A stretch of 64,000 nt of DNA from Bacillota bacterium (GCA_040766985.1 JAXGPL010000008.1:49978-113977); one strand, 5' to 3'. Numbered from the stretch's first letter, positions 18,297 through 28,236 are shown. Notes: a model not told the origin generated them from the letters alone. Program-made: numbers and translations.

Positions 18297-19386
18297 CGTC
18301 GGCTCGAGTTGCCCCACTTATGCCGCCATCCTGGCGGGCGGGAGCGGCAGCAGGTTTTGGCCCTGGAGCCGGGAGTCCCGGCCCAAGCAACTGCTGTCGC
18401 TCGACGGCGGCCCGACGCTCCTTGAAACCACCACGCGCCGGATGCTCCGGATCGTTCCTCCGGAACGGCTCTTGGTGATCACTCGCACCGACCTGCGCGC
18501 AACCGTCACCGGCCTGCTCCCGGACATACCGGCGGAGAACGTGATCGGCGAGCCCGAACCAAGAGACACCCTCGCCGCAGTCGTCCTGGCTGCAGCGCTC
18601 GCCCGGGTCCGGTCGGGGCGCACCGACGCCGTTACGGTAATCGCGTCATGCGATCACGTGATTTCCGGGCAGTTGGCCTTCAGGCGGAGCATTGAATCGG
18701 CGGCCGCGCTCGCCGCCGGCACCTCGCGGCTGGTCACGCTGGGCATCCGGCCGGGCTGGGCAGAAACAGGCTACGGCTATGTCCGGCCCGGCAAGAGCAT
18801 CGCCGGGCCGGGCCCGGTAAGCGCCCGCGAGGTCGTGGCCTTCGTCGAAAAACCGGGCCTTCAGCGGGCCGAACGGCTGGTTGCGGAAGGCTGCCTGTGG
18901 AACGCCGGGATATTCGCGTGGCGCTCGGACGTGCTGCTTTCGGCGGCCGGACGTCACGTGGCCGGCGCGGCCGCGGCGGTCGCCCGCATCATCAGGGCCC
19001 TTGGCGAGGAGGGCCGCGCCTTGAGCGAGGTGTACGCGGCGTTGCCGCGGGTTTCCGTGGACCGGGCGATACTCGAGCGAGAGCCCGGCCTGGCCGTCGT
19101 CGAAGCCGAATTCGGTTGGCACGATGTCGGCACCTGGAATGGGTTGGCCCGGACGGCCGGCGGCGATACTGCGGGCAACGTGTCGTTTGGGCCCGTAATG
19201 GCCTTCGACGGCGCAGGGAACATCGTCCAAGCCCGGGCCGGAAGACCTGTCGTCGTGGCCGAAGTGAGCGGCCTTGTGATCGTCGACATGCCGGACGTCC
19301 TGCTGGTGACGAGCCGTGCTCAGGGCCAGCGAATCAAGCAGGTCCGGGAGCAGTTGCGCCGGGAGGGCTGGGACCGCCTGCTGTAG
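18289..19386 (+). CDS. manC: Mannose-1-phosphate guanylyltransferase
   Basis: YAAILAGGSGSRFWPWSRESRPKQLL N-terminus and GYGYV; length about 365 aa. Confidence 0.8.
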   Translation: MASVGSSCPTYAAILAGGSGSRFWPWSRESRPKQLLSLDGGPTLLETTTRRMLRIVPPERLLVITRTDLRATVTGLLPDIPAENVIGEPEPRDTLAAVVLAAALARVRSGRTDAVTVIASCDHVISGQLAFRRSIESAAALAAGTSRLVTLGIRPGWAETGYGYVRPGKSIAGPGPVSAREVVAFVEKPGLQRAERLVAEGCLWNAGIFAWRSDVLLSAAGRHVAGAAAAVARIIRALGEEGRALSEVYAALPRVSVDRAILEREPGLAVVEAEFGWHDVGTWNGLARTAGGDTAGNVSFGPVMAFDGAGNIVQARAGRPVVVAEVSGLVIVDMPDVLLVTSRAQGQRIKQVREQLRREGWDRLL

Positions 19387-20772
19387 CCAGTCCCCTGCCC
19401 GCGTCAAGCAGCGCCTGAAGCAGCAGCGGGCTCTCCGCCTGCGCATAGAGCCGGAGCACAGGCTCGGTGTGGCTCGCGCGCACGTGCAGCCACGAACCGC
19501 CGCTGAGGAGCAGCTTGACTCCGTCAAGACGCTCGCACCCCGTGACATCTTCTCCGGCAAGGCTTGGGGGCGGCGAAAACCCGCGTTCGATCGCTTCCGC
19601 AGCCGCCGCCGGCACCCGGATGTCCACCCTGCCGAGCCACACCCTGCCCGCTCGCTCCCTCAGCCGCTCGACTGCCTCGACCAGGGTTATCTCCCGCATC
19701 GCGAGATGTTCGAGGATCATCAGGGCGGCAAAACCCCGTCGCGCTCGGGCAGATGAAAGGCAAACCCGATGCCGCCGCTCTCCTCGCCGCCGATTACGGA
19801 GACGCCTGCCTTGAGTAGCGGTGCGATATGCTTGAACCCAACCGGTGTGATGTGGACCCCAAGCCCATACCCGCCGGCCAACCGGTCGACCAGCGTGGAT
19901 GTGGTGACGGTCCGGACTGCGGGGCCGCGCATGCCCCGATCCTCTACCAGGTGCATGAACAAAAGCGCGAGGAGGTGGTGCGCGTCAACGTAGGAGCCGT
20001 CCTCGGCGATGGCGGCGATCCTGTCGCCGTCGCCGTCCGTGGCGATACCCAGGGCCGGCGGGTCCGCCTCCCGGATACGTTCCCGGAGCCCGCCAAGGTT
20101 GGCGAGAGTCGGCTCCGGTGAGAGGCCGCCGAACAGGGGGTCGCGAACTCCGCGTATGGTTTCCAGGCCGGGGACCAGCCTGCCCAGCCAACCGGCCGCC
20201 GACCCGTGCATGGCGTCGTGGACCACCGCCCCCGCCCGGGAGCAGACGGCCTCGATGGCGTGCAGATCGACCAGCCTGGCCACATGGGACAGGTATCCCG
20301 GATACGGGTCGAACTGCTCGACCGGGGCTGCCGGAGCCTGCGGCGGCGCGGTCGGCAACGCCCCGCCGGGGGAAAGCATCGTCTCGAGCCGGGCGGTCAG
20401 CTCCGCCCCTGCCGGCGCTCCTGTCTCGTCGCGCAGCTTGATTCCGCTGTACCTGTAGGGGTTGTGGCTGGCGGTGACAATGGCGGCAAGGGCAGTACCA
20501 AGGGTCCGCGCCGCAAGGGCGACTGCCGGGGTCGGGCACGGGCCCGCGCACGAGATGGTCCGCACTCCGCGCGACGAGCAAATCCCGGCGAGGATACCCG
20601 CGTAATCCTCTGCCATGAACCGGCAGTCATGGCCGATCACGATGCCCCTTCCGCCCCAATCGCGTTCGAGTATCAGCCGCGTCAGAGCATCACCGAAGCG
20701 CCTGACGCCGGCAAAGGTGAATTCGTCGCCGATCACCGCCCGCCAACCGTCGGTGCCGAAATGGATTCCCAC
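19334..20772 (-). pseudogene. Phosphomannomutase/phosphoglucomutase, with one frame break at the A/T run 19730-19733
   Basis: GIHFGTDGWRA and the active-site loop VTASHNPYRYSGIKL are in the 377-aa ORF. The C-terminal domain (RLDGVKLLL...VRASHTEPVLRLY) is in the 128-aa ORF. GTG 20772 lies 6 nt after GGGAGG. Confidence 0.8.
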
Positions 20773-20897
20773 GGCGCACCTCCCTGTCGCCCAGTCTATG
20801 TGCCTTGCCCCTGATATGGGCGAAGCACGGGGCGAAGAGGTGTTGGCGGCCACAGGCTGAAAGTAATGGAAGTCTATTCACGAGGAGGCGAACGCAC

Positions 20898-21857
20898 GTG
20901 GCCGGCGCACCCCCCGGGCCAACCCCGTTCGCGGACCGCCTGTACCAGGCCGTCCGCACCAAGAACACCAGAGTATGTGTCGGACTCGACCCCGTGATCG
21001 ACCGCCTGCCCGGCGACATCCGGGAACGTGCGGTCGAGCACTACGGCGACGGGCCGCTCGCCGTCGCAATGGCGTTTGACGAGTTCGGGCGCGGCATCAT
21101 CGACGCCACAGCCGAATTTGCGGCCTGCATCAAGCCGCAGGCCGCGTTCTTTGAGGGCTGCGGGCCGGCGGGGATGTACGTCCTCCAGGCGTTGATCCAA
21201 TACGCCACGGAACGCGGCCTGCTGGTCATCGAAGACGCCAAGCGCAATGATATCGGCAGCACCGCCGAAGCCTACGCGCAGGGCCACCTGGGACAGGTGA
21301 AGCTGATCGGCGGCGGCGCGGGACGCGCGTTCGGCCCCGACGCCCTGACGGTCAACCCGTATCTCGGCCGCGACGGGCTCTTGCCGTTCATCAAGGCGTG
21401 CGTGCAGTTCGGCAAAGGTATCTTTGTGCTGGCCAAAACCTCCAACCCGTCATCCGGCGACATCCAGGACCTGATCGTCGAGGGCCGGCCGCTGTACATG
21501 AGGGTCGCGGCACTGCTCAAGGAGCTTGGCTCAGGGCTGGAGGGCGAATCCGGCTTCACACCCATCGGCGCGGTTGTTGGCGCGACATACCCGGAACAGG
21601 CGGTGGAACTCCGCAGGGTCCTGCCGTCGAGCTGGTTTTTGGTCCCGGGTTACGGCGCACAGGGAGGCACCGCGCGCGACGTCGTCGTCACAATGGACGG
21701 AGCGGGGATGGGCGCCGTGGTCAACTCCAGCCGGGCGATCATCTTCGCCCACGCATCAGATGCCGCCAAGGCCGCGGGCTTCGACTACCGGCAGGCTGCC
21801 GCCGCCGCCGCGCGGAGCATGCGGGACGACATCAACTCGGCGCTGGCCGCCAGGTAA
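20898..21857 (+). CDS. pyrF: Orotidine 5'-phosphate decarboxylase, long (type 2) form
   Basis: GTG 9 nt after GAGGAGG. Motifs VCVGLDP, VIEDAKRNDIGSTA, VPGYGAQGG. Confidence 0.8.
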   Translation: MAGAPPGPTPFADRLYQAVRTKNTRVCVGLDPVIDRLPGDIRERAVEHYGDGPLAVAMAFDEFGRGIIDATAEFAACIKPQAAFFEGCGPAGMYVLQALIQYATERGLLVIEDAKRNDIGSTAEAYAQGHLGQVKLIGGGAGRAFGPDALTVNPYLGRDGLLPFIKACVQFGKGIFVLAKTSNPSSGDIQDLIVEGRPLYMRVAALLKELGSGLEGESGFTPIGAVVGATYPEQAVELRRVLPSSWFLVPGYGAQGGTARDVVVTMDGAGMGAVVNSSRAIIFAHASDAAKAAGFDYRQAAAAAARSMRDDINSALAAR

Positions 21858-22248
21858 ACTCGGCCTTGGTGATCTCCATCACCAGGTAACGCACCACACC
21901 GATCAGCGGCCACCGCACCGTCTTGACGTAACGGAAACCGACTTTCTCATACGCCCGCCTGGCGCGGGCGTTGTATTCGCGTACCCTCAGGTACACGCGC
22001 TCAAGGTTCCAGTTGTCGAAGAGGTCGCGCAACAGCAGGCGGATGGCGTCGGGCCCAAGGCCCCGGCCCCGATACGGCTCGTAGACCTCGATACCCAGTT
22101 CGGCTTGCGCCAGGCGGCGGTCGAGGTTGCGGAACGAGATCTGCCCGGCGCTCAAGCCGTCGGGGAGTCTGATATCCATCACGTGCTCACCGAACTCGAA
22201 CCTGGCCGGCCGAGACAGAGTCACCCGCGCCCCGTCCTTCAGCGTCAT
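21832..22248 (-). CDS. GNAT family N-acetyltransferase (RimJ/RimL-like)
   Basis: YRGRGLGPDAIRLLLRDLF...ERVYLRVREYNARARRAYEKVGFRY. ATG 22248 lies 8 nt after GGAGGTGG. Confidence 0.7.
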   Translation of the reverse strand: MTLKDGARVTLSRPARFEFGEHVMDIRLPDGLSAGQISFRNLDRRLAQAELGIEVYEPYRGRGLGPDAIRLLLRDLFDNWNLERVYLRVREYNARARRAYEKVGFRYVKTVRWPLIGVVRYLVMEITKAEFTWRPAPS

Positions 22249-22391
22249 GCCGGCCGCCACCTCCACTTGGCGTTATCTACCATCGAGCCCAGGAGAGGGA
22301 ACTTCCGGTATCACTGAGAAACATCCCTTTACCTGGCCGGGTGTTGTCAGCACCCTGTCCCCGCATCCTCGAAGGGAGAAATTCGGCGCAA

Positions 22392-23558
22392 ATGAGACAT
22401 TCCTCTCCGTGGCGTTCGCCCGCCGGCGTCGCCATCCTGTTCACATTGCTCATCGTCACCGCCCTGGGAACGGTGCCGCCCGTTCCAGCCGCCCCCGAGG
22501 CGCCTCCGGGCGCGGCTGGAACGGCGGTCGACCCGGGGACCGGACCGTCCGGGGAAACGCCGGCGGCGGCAACGGAACCGCCCACAGCTACAACACCGTC
22601 GGGCGGCGACGGGACGCCTTCCGGCGGCACCGGGACGCCAGCCAGCGGGACCGAAAAGCCGTCCGGCGGCACCGGCACTGCGCAGAAGCCACCCGCGACC
22701 GGGGCCGGGGGATCGGGCTCTTCCAACTCCGTCTGCACGGTCCGGCAGGGCGATACCCTCTGGCTCGTCGCGCAACGGCACGGGACGACCGTCGACGCCC
22801 CAAAGGCAGTCAACAATCTATCCGGAGACACTATCTACGCCGGCGAGACGCTCCGCCTGCCGGGCGGAGCGACGGCGGTATCATCGCGCGGCGGAACGGG
22901 CACGGCCCTCAAGACGGCAGGCTTTGTTTACGGGGGCGGAGTCGTCCTGCACAAGGTCGCCCAAGGGGAAACCCTCTCGCAGATCGCCGCCCGCCACGGG
23001 ACCACGGTTGAGGCGATCAGGAACGGCAACAACCTGCGCTCGGAACTGATCATGATCAACCAGCCGCTGTTCCTGCGGCCGGGAAGCCCGGCTCCGGCGT
23101 CAGTCACCGTAAGCGCGGGTCCACACGGACCCGGCGGGGCCGAAATGCTCGACTGGAGCAAAGCCAGATGGCTGTTCGGCGTAGACTATACCGCAACCCT
23201 CCGCGATCCGGCCACGGGACGCGAGTTCAGGGTCAAGCGCCTCGGCGGCTCCAACCACGCCGATATCGAGCCGCTCACCCCCGCGGACACGGCCGCGATC
23301 AAGGCAATGGCCGGCGGCGGCTGGACCTGGACACCCAAGCCCGTGCACGTGATTGTCGGGGGACGCACGCTCGCAGCGTCGATGAACTTCATGCCCCATC
23401 AACTGGACACCATCCCGGGCAACGGCATGCAGGGACACGTCTGCCTGCACTTCAGACACAGCACAACGCATGTGGACGGCCTCGAGCGGGCCGACCACCA
23501 GGCCGCCGTGCTAAGGGCCGCCGGGCTTGCGGGCGTAAGCCTGCCGCCGGGGATGTAG
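22392..23558 (+). CDS. Secreted protein with two LysM domains and an unrecognised C-terminal domain
   Basis: Signal peptide (VAILFTLLIVTALG), a Pro/Gly/Thr-rich linker, and two LysM repeats (CTVRQGDTLWLVAQRHG..., HKVAQGETLSQIAARHG...). The C-terminal domain contains GGGWTWTPKPVHV...GHVCLHFRHSTTH. Confidence 0.7.
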   Translation: MRHSSPWRSPAGVAILFTLLIVTALGTVPPVPAAPEAPPGAAGTAVDPGTGPSGETPAAATEPPTATTPSGGDGTPSGGTGTPASGTEKPSGGTGTAQKPPATGAGGSGSSNSVCTVRQGDTLWLVAQRHGTTVDAPKAVNNLSGDTIYAGETLRLPGGATAVSSRGGTGTALKTAGFVYGGGVVLHKVAQGETLSQIAARHGTTVEAIRNGNNLRSELIMINQPLFLRPGSPAPASVTVSAGPHGPGGAEMLDWSKARWLFGVDYTATLRDPATGREFRVKRLGGSNHADIEPLTPADTAAIKAMAGGGWTWTPKPVHVIVGGRTLAASMNFMPHQLDTIPGNGMQGHVCLHFRHSTTHVDGLERADHQAAVLRAAGLAGVSLPPGM

Positions 23559-23575
23559 GCCCGGCCCTGCCCGGC

Positions 23576-24934
23576 TTACGGGGCGGGGCCGACCACCCCA
23601 AGGATCTGACCCGCCTGGAGCGCGCCGGCCGCTGCGCCGGGACGCTCTCTCGTACCCGCCAGGGCGAACGAGGCCCGCAGAGCCTCCAGGCCTGCCGCAA
23701 GGCGGGCGGGATCCGACGCGTACAGCTTGGCGAGCGGCTGCCCGGCGGTGACCATGTCGCCGGCGGCCGCAAGCAGGATGATGCCGGCGCCCGGGTCCAC
23801 GGGTTCGCCTTTGCGGCTGCGACCGGCCCCAAGCAGAACTGCGGCGCGGCCGGCAAGGTAGGCGTCGACGGCTGCGATCTCTCCTCCCCCTGGGGCGCGC
23901 AACACCGCTTCGCGGCCCGCCACGGGAAGGCGCGGGCGGCCGTGGGCCCGGACCTGGAGCCATTGCGCGCTGCCGCCCTGGGCCTCCACGAGACGGAGGA
24001 ACCGCTCCAGCGCCTGCCCGCCGTCGAGGAGCCGTCGAGCGGTGCTCTGGGCGAAGGGCAGGTCGTGGGCCAGACCGGCGACGACCAGGCCGTGAGCGGC
24101 AAGGGCGATCGCCAGTCTGCGTATGTCGGCGGGGCCCCCACCGGCCAGCACCTCGATCGCCTCGTCGACCTCCACGGCGTTGCCGATCGCCCTTCCCAGG
24201 GGCTGGTCCATCGTACTCAGTACGGCCACGGCCCGTAGGCCGGAGGCCGATGCGATGCCGACCATCAGCCGGGCAAGTTCCCTCGCCTCGGACTCCGAAC
24301 GCATGAACGCCCCACGGCCGACCTTGACGTCCAGGACGAGCGACTTGGCGCCGCACGCCACCTTCTTGGCCATGATGCTCGCGGCGATCAACGGCAGGCT
24401 GTCGACCGTGGCGGTTGCGTCGCGTAGCGTGTACATCAGCCCATCTGCCGGCACCAGCGACCTGGTGTGGGCGGCCATGCAGCCGCCGGCGAGGCGGGCG
24501 CTTTCGATCATCTGCGACGTGGTCAGGTGGGTACGAAAGCCGGGGATCGCCTCGAGCTTGTCCACAGTGCCGCCGGTGTGACCCAGACCTGCTCCCGAAA
24601 TCTTGACGACGGTTGCCCCGGCGGCGATGAGAAGCGGGACGACGATGAGCGTGAGCTTGTCCCCCACCCCACCGGTGCTGTGCTTGTCGACGTAGGGCGC
24701 GGGCAGTCCTGCTGCGGCAAGGTCGAGCCGCTCACCGCTCGAAGCCATGGCTGCGGTGAGGGCGGCGGTCTCGCCGTCGGTGAGGCCCTGCCAACGCACC
24801 GCCATCAACCATGCGGCCATCTGGTAGTCTGGGACGTCGCCGCTGCAATAGGCCCTGACGAAAGACTCGATCTCCTCGCGGCTGTGGACTCCACCCTGCT
24901 TCTTGGTCTCGATGACGTCCAGTGCGCGGACCAT
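23576..24934 (-). CDS. pdp: Pyrimidine-nucleoside (thymidine) phosphorylase
   Basis: DYQMAAWLMAV, VDKHSTGGVGDK, GAGLGHTGGTVDKLEAIPGF. ATG 24934 follows GGGAGG. Confidence 0.85.
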   Translation of the reverse strand: MVRALDVIETKKQGGVHSREEIESFVRAYCSGDVPDYQMAAWLMAVRWQGLTDGETAALTAAMASSGERLDLAAAGLPAPYVDKHSTGGVGDKLTLIVVPLLIAAGATVVKISGAGLGHTGGTVDKLEAIPGFRTHLTTSQMIESARLAGGCMAAHTRSLVPADGLMYTLRDATATVDSLPLIAASIMAKKVACGAKSLVLDVKVGRGAFMRSESEARELARLMVGIASASGLRAVAVLSTMDQPLGRAIGNAVEVDEAIEVLAGGGPADIRRLAIALAAHGLVVAGLAHDLPFAQSTARRLLDGGQALERFLRLVEAQGGSAQWLQVRAHGRPRLPVAGREAVLRAPGGGEIAAVDAYLAGRAAVLLGAGRSRKGEPVDPGAGIILLAAAGDMVTAGQPLAKLYASDPARLAAGLEALRASFALAGTRERPGAAAGALQAGQILGVVGPAP

Positions 24935-25019
24935 TTGAGCAACACCTCCCGTCAGCTTTTCCTGGCTGACATGGGCATGGGCTTTGGGTATACTTGGACG
25001 AGGGGGTGAGCGGGGCACG

Positions 25020-25369
25020 ATGCTGTCCCTCGATCAGACAAACTTTCAGCAGTTCATCAGTACTAAGGATAAGCCGGCGGTGGTCAAGTTCTACGCCGAC
25101 TGGTGCAAGGACTGCCGCGCAATCAAAAAAGCGGCAGACGAGTTGGCCAAGCGCTACGCCGGCGACCTCCAGTTCGGTGAGTTGGACACGATGGTCGCGC
25201 CGGAGATCCGCGACGCCTATAAGGTCAGGGGCATCCCTACGTTCATCGCCTTTAGCGACGGCGAGGAAATTCTGCGGACGCCACGGCAATCCGCGACGCA
25301 AAAGAGATCAAGACCCCGGGTGAGTTGGAGACGTTCATCGTCGAGGTGCTCAACAAAGTCAGAGCGTAG
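25020..25369 (+). pseudogene. trxA: Thioredoxin, with one frame break near 25272-25282
   Basis: VVKFYADWCKDCRAIK (WCxxC) and VRGIPTFIAF are in one frame. The natural C-terminus DATAIRDAKEIKTPGELETFIVEVLNKVRA* is in the +1 frame, ending in TAG at 25367-25369. Confidence 0.75.
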
Positions 25370-25406
25370 CCAAACCGGGAACGAGAAGGTATCCTCGGCA
25401 ATCCGG

Positions 25407-25436
25407 CCGGGCGGCTAAGCCGCCCGGTCTTGCCTT
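25407..25436 (+). terminator. Rho-independent terminator after thioredoxin
   Basis: Stem CCGGGCGGC / GCCGCCCGG, loop TAA, then TCTTGCCTT. Confidence 0.65.
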
Positions 25437-25547
25437 ATGCGGCAAGACCTACCGCCCAGACCCGGGGGCAGCTAAAGCGGTCATCACCTGCTAGCTGACC
25501 GCGCTGCGGTCCTCTTGCCTCCAATTCCAGGAGGGTGTAGCATTATT

Positions 25548-25582
25548 TCATAGTATATGCTCTTAGTAGCGGGTACTAAGAG
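25548..25582 (+). promoter_or_regulatory. fabD promoter -10 (TAGTAT, 25551-25556) followed by a FapR-like operator
   Basis: AT-rich patch cattatttcatagtatatg in a GC-rich background. It is followed by the perfect inverted repeat CTCTTAGTA-gcggg-TACTAAGAG (25560-25582), about 60 nt upstream of the fabD ATG. Confidence 0.55.
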
Positions 25583-25641
25583 CTACACACAGACCGCAAG
25601 TCAGAGGTCGCGCAGTAACCACAACTCGAAAGAGGTGCGCA

Positions 25642-26607
25642 ATGGACCGGTTAGCCTTCATCTTCCCCGGGCAGGGAGCGCAATACCCCGGCATGGGCAG
25701 GGCAATGCACGACGCCCATCCGTCTTCCCGCGAATCGTTCGATACTGCCACGGACGGCCTCGGACGCGACGTGCGCCACATGTGCTGGAATCTCGACGCC
25801 GGCGAGTTGTCGGACACAGCCAACGCCCAGCCAGGCATCCTGGCCGCGAGTATCGCCTGTCTGCGGCCGCTGCTTGAGGCAGGCGTGCGGCCGGCTGCGA
25901 TGGCCGGGCTGAGCCTGGGCGAGTACACCGCGCTCGTCGGAGCCGGAAGCCTGGACCTGGCCAGTGCGATGCGCCTGGTGAGAATCCGCGCCCACCTGAT
26001 GCAGCAGGCCGTTCCCAAGGGCCAGGGGGCCATGGCCGCGGTCATCGGCCTTGACAGGTCGACGGTGATCAAGGCCTGCGCCGCCAGTTCGTCCCTGGGA
26101 CAGGGCATCGTGGAGCCCGCCAACTTCAACGCCCCGGACCAGATTGTGATTTCCGGGCACGCGTCCGCGGTCACTGCAGCCTCCCAAGCCGTCAAGGCCG
26201 CCGGGGCCAGGCGAGTCATCCCCCTCGCGGTGAGCGCGCCTTTCCACTGCTCTCTGCTCAACACAGTCAAGGACGAATTCGGGCGCGCTCTGGCGGATGC
26301 GGATTTTCGTACACCGGGGATCGCCGTCATCGCAAACACGACGGCCCGGCAGGTGCAGTCGCCGGACGAGATCCGGCAGGCCCTGATCGACCAGATCGCG
26401 TCGCCCGTCCTGTGGGAGGATTCGGTACGCTACATGGCGGACGAACTCGGGATCAACGTCTTCGTCGAAGTCGGCCCGGGCAAGGTTCTCAGCAGGTTCG
26501 TCAGCAAGACGCAGCCCGAAGCGGTAACCCTGAACATCGAAGACCCGGCCAGCCTCGCGGCTGCCCTCGTGGCCCTGCAGGCACGGGGGCTCGCCAACGC
26601 GGGCTAG
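25642..26607 (+). CDS. fabD: Malonyl-CoA:ACP transacylase
   Basis: AFIFPGQGAQYPGMG, AGLSLGEYTALV, SAPFHCSLL. RBS AGAGGTG. Confidence 0.9.
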   Translation: MDRLAFIFPGQGAQYPGMGRAMHDAHPSSRESFDTATDGLGRDVRHMCWNLDAGELSDTANAQPGILAASIACLRPLLEAGVRPAAMAGLSLGEYTALVGAGSLDLASAMRLVRIRAHLMQQAVPKGQGAMAAVIGLDRSTVIKACAASSSLGQGIVEPANFNAPDQIVISGHASAVTAASQAVKAAGARRVIPLAVSAPFHCSLLNTVKDEFGRALADADFRTPGIAVIANTTARQVQSPDEIRQALIDQIASPVLWEDSVRYMADELGINVFVEVGPGKVLSRFVSKTQPEAVTLNIEDPASLAAALVALQARGLANAG

Positions 26608-26646
26608 CCTCACCCCAATAACCCCAACTACTGGAGGTAGGAATCG

Positions 26647-26901
26647 ATGCAGGATCAAGAAATCCTGGACAAGGTCAAAACCGCCATCAGCAGCACGCTT
26701 AAGACCGAAGGCAAGGAGATCACCATGGAGTCCCGCCTGATCGACGACCTCGGCGGCGACTCGCTTGACATGCTTGAACTGATTATGGCCCTTGAGGAGC
26801 GGTTTTCGATCGAGGTCCCGGACGAGGACGCCGAGGCGATCAACACCGTCCGCGACGTCGTCGAGTACGTCAAAGCCCGCCTTGACGGGTCCGGCCAATG
26901 A
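26647..26901 (+). CDS. acpP: Acyl carrier protein
   Basis: [19 protein letters not shown] (phosphopantetheine Ser in DSL). 84 aa. RBS GGAGGTAGGA. Confidence 0.9.
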   Translation: MQDQEILDKVKTAISSTLKTEGKEITMESRLIDDLGGDSLDMLELIMALEERFSIEVPDEDAEAINTVRDVVEYVKARLDGSGQ

Positions 26902-28226
26902 TGGCGCGGCCGAGCCCTTCGGGCCCCCCCGCGCTCGTGACCGGACTAGGGGTCATCTCCAGTTGCGGCCAGGAGGTCGAGGACTTCTGGCAGGCGCTAT
27001 TGGAGGGCAGGTCGGGCATCAGCCACCTGGAGCGGATTGACACCGAGGGGCTGCGCACAACATTCGGCGGCGAGGTCAAGGACTTCGCAGCAGACCGCTT
27101 CATGGCCGGGGGCCAAGCCAAGCGGATGGACCGGTTTTCGCAGTATGCGGTGGCAGCCGCGCGCATGGCCATGCATGACGCCGGGTTCTCGGTTTCGCCG
27201 GAGGAATCGTTCCGGGTCGGCGTAGTGCTCGGCACCGGCATCGGCGGCATGGAAACCCTCGTCGACCAACTCCACACGCTCGAACAACGGGGCCCTCGCA
27301 GGGTCAGCCCGTACTTCATCCCGATGATGATCGCCAATATGGCCGGCGGCCAGGTTTCCATGATCCTGGGCGCGCGCGGCCCGTGCGCGACCGTGACGAC
27401 GGCGTGCGCGTCGGCCGGCAACGCCATCGGCGACGCGCTCCGGCTGATCCAGCACGGCGAGGCCGACGTCGTGATCTGCGGCGGTACCGAAGCCCCGTTC
27501 ACACGCCTGGCGGTCGCCGGCTTCGGAGCGGCACACACCCTCTCAACCCGCAACGACGACCCGGAGCGCGCTTCGCGGCCGTTCGATGCCGGCCGGGACG
27601 GCTTTGTGATGTCCGAGGGCGCGGGCATGCTGGTCATCGAATCCGAAGCCCACGCACGCGCACGCGGCGCACGGGCATACGCGCGGCTCGCGGGATGTAG
27701 TATGACCGCCGACGCGTCGCACGTCACCGCGCCGGCCCCTGACGGCCTCGGGCGGTACAACGGTATGCGCCAGGCAATCGCCGACGCCGGGCTCGCGCTG
27801 GAGGATTTGGGATATATCAACGCCCACGGGACGTCGACGCCGACCAACGACAAAGACGAATCACAGGTCATCAAGAGGCTGTTCGGCCCTGCCGTGCCTC
27901 CGGTCAGCTCGACCAAGTCGGTCACGGGCCACTTGCTGGGCGCCGCCGGAGCGGTCGAGGCCATCGCGTGCGTGCTGGCCATCAACCGGGGAATCCTTCC
28001 ACCCACGACAAACTATGAGCAGCCCGATCCCGATTGCGACCTTGACTATGTGCCGAACCAGCCGCGAAAATCGGAGATCGGCGCCGCCATCTCCAATTCG
28101 TTTGGGTTTGGGGGGCAAAACGCGATCCTTACCTTCACCGCCGCCCCCGACACGATCAAGCGTACCGAGCCTGCCCGCCCGTGGCCGGGCCTGTCAACAG
28201 GGGAGCCGGTACCGGAACCGGCATAG
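26898..28226 (+). CDS. fabF: 3-oxoacyl-ACP synthase II
   Basis: ATGA overlap with acp[16 protein letters not shown] (active-site Cys), [22 protein letters not shown]. Confidence 0.9.
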   Translation: MMARPSPSGPPALVTGLGVISSCGQEVEDFWQALLEGRSGISHLERIDTEGLRTTFGGEVKDFAADRFMAGGQAKRMDRFSQYAVAAARMAMHDAGFSVSPEESFRVGVVLGTGIGGMETLVDQLHTLEQRGPRRVSPYFIPMMIANMAGGQVSMILGARGPCATVTTACASAGNAIGDALRLIQHGEADVVICGGTEAPFTRLAVAGFGAAHTLSTRNDDPERASRPFDAGRDGFVMSEGAGMLVIESEAHARARGARAYARLAGCSMTADASHVTAPAPDGLGRYNGMRQAIADAGLALEDLGYINAHGTSTPTNDKDESQVIKRLFGPAVPPVSSTKSVTGHLLGAAGAVEAIACVLAINRGILPPTTNYEQPDPDCDLDYVPNQPRKSEIGAAISNSFGFGGQNAILTFTAAPDTIKRTEPARPWPGLSTGEPVPEPA

Positions 28227-28236
28227 TTCCGGGGGC

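Noticed and set aside
17027-18317. Long minus-strand ORFs (273 and 319 aa), and several plus-strand alternates inside the ABC-like fusion gene
   Set aside because: Their composition is Arg/Pro/Gly-rich and low-complexity. They have no RBS and lie inside a gene with a recognisable NBD in another frame.
23452-24356. 229-aa and 281-aa minus-strand ORFs and a 356-aa plus-strand ORF overlapping pdp
   Set aside because: The frame carrying the pyrimidine-nucleoside phosphorylase motifs (23576-24934) explains the region. The others are GC-driven open frames.
25651-26898. 415-aa minus-strand ORF covering fabD and acpP
   Set aside because: It is an antisense shadow ORF. The plus strand carries unmistakable FabD and ACP motifs with proper ribosome-binding sites.
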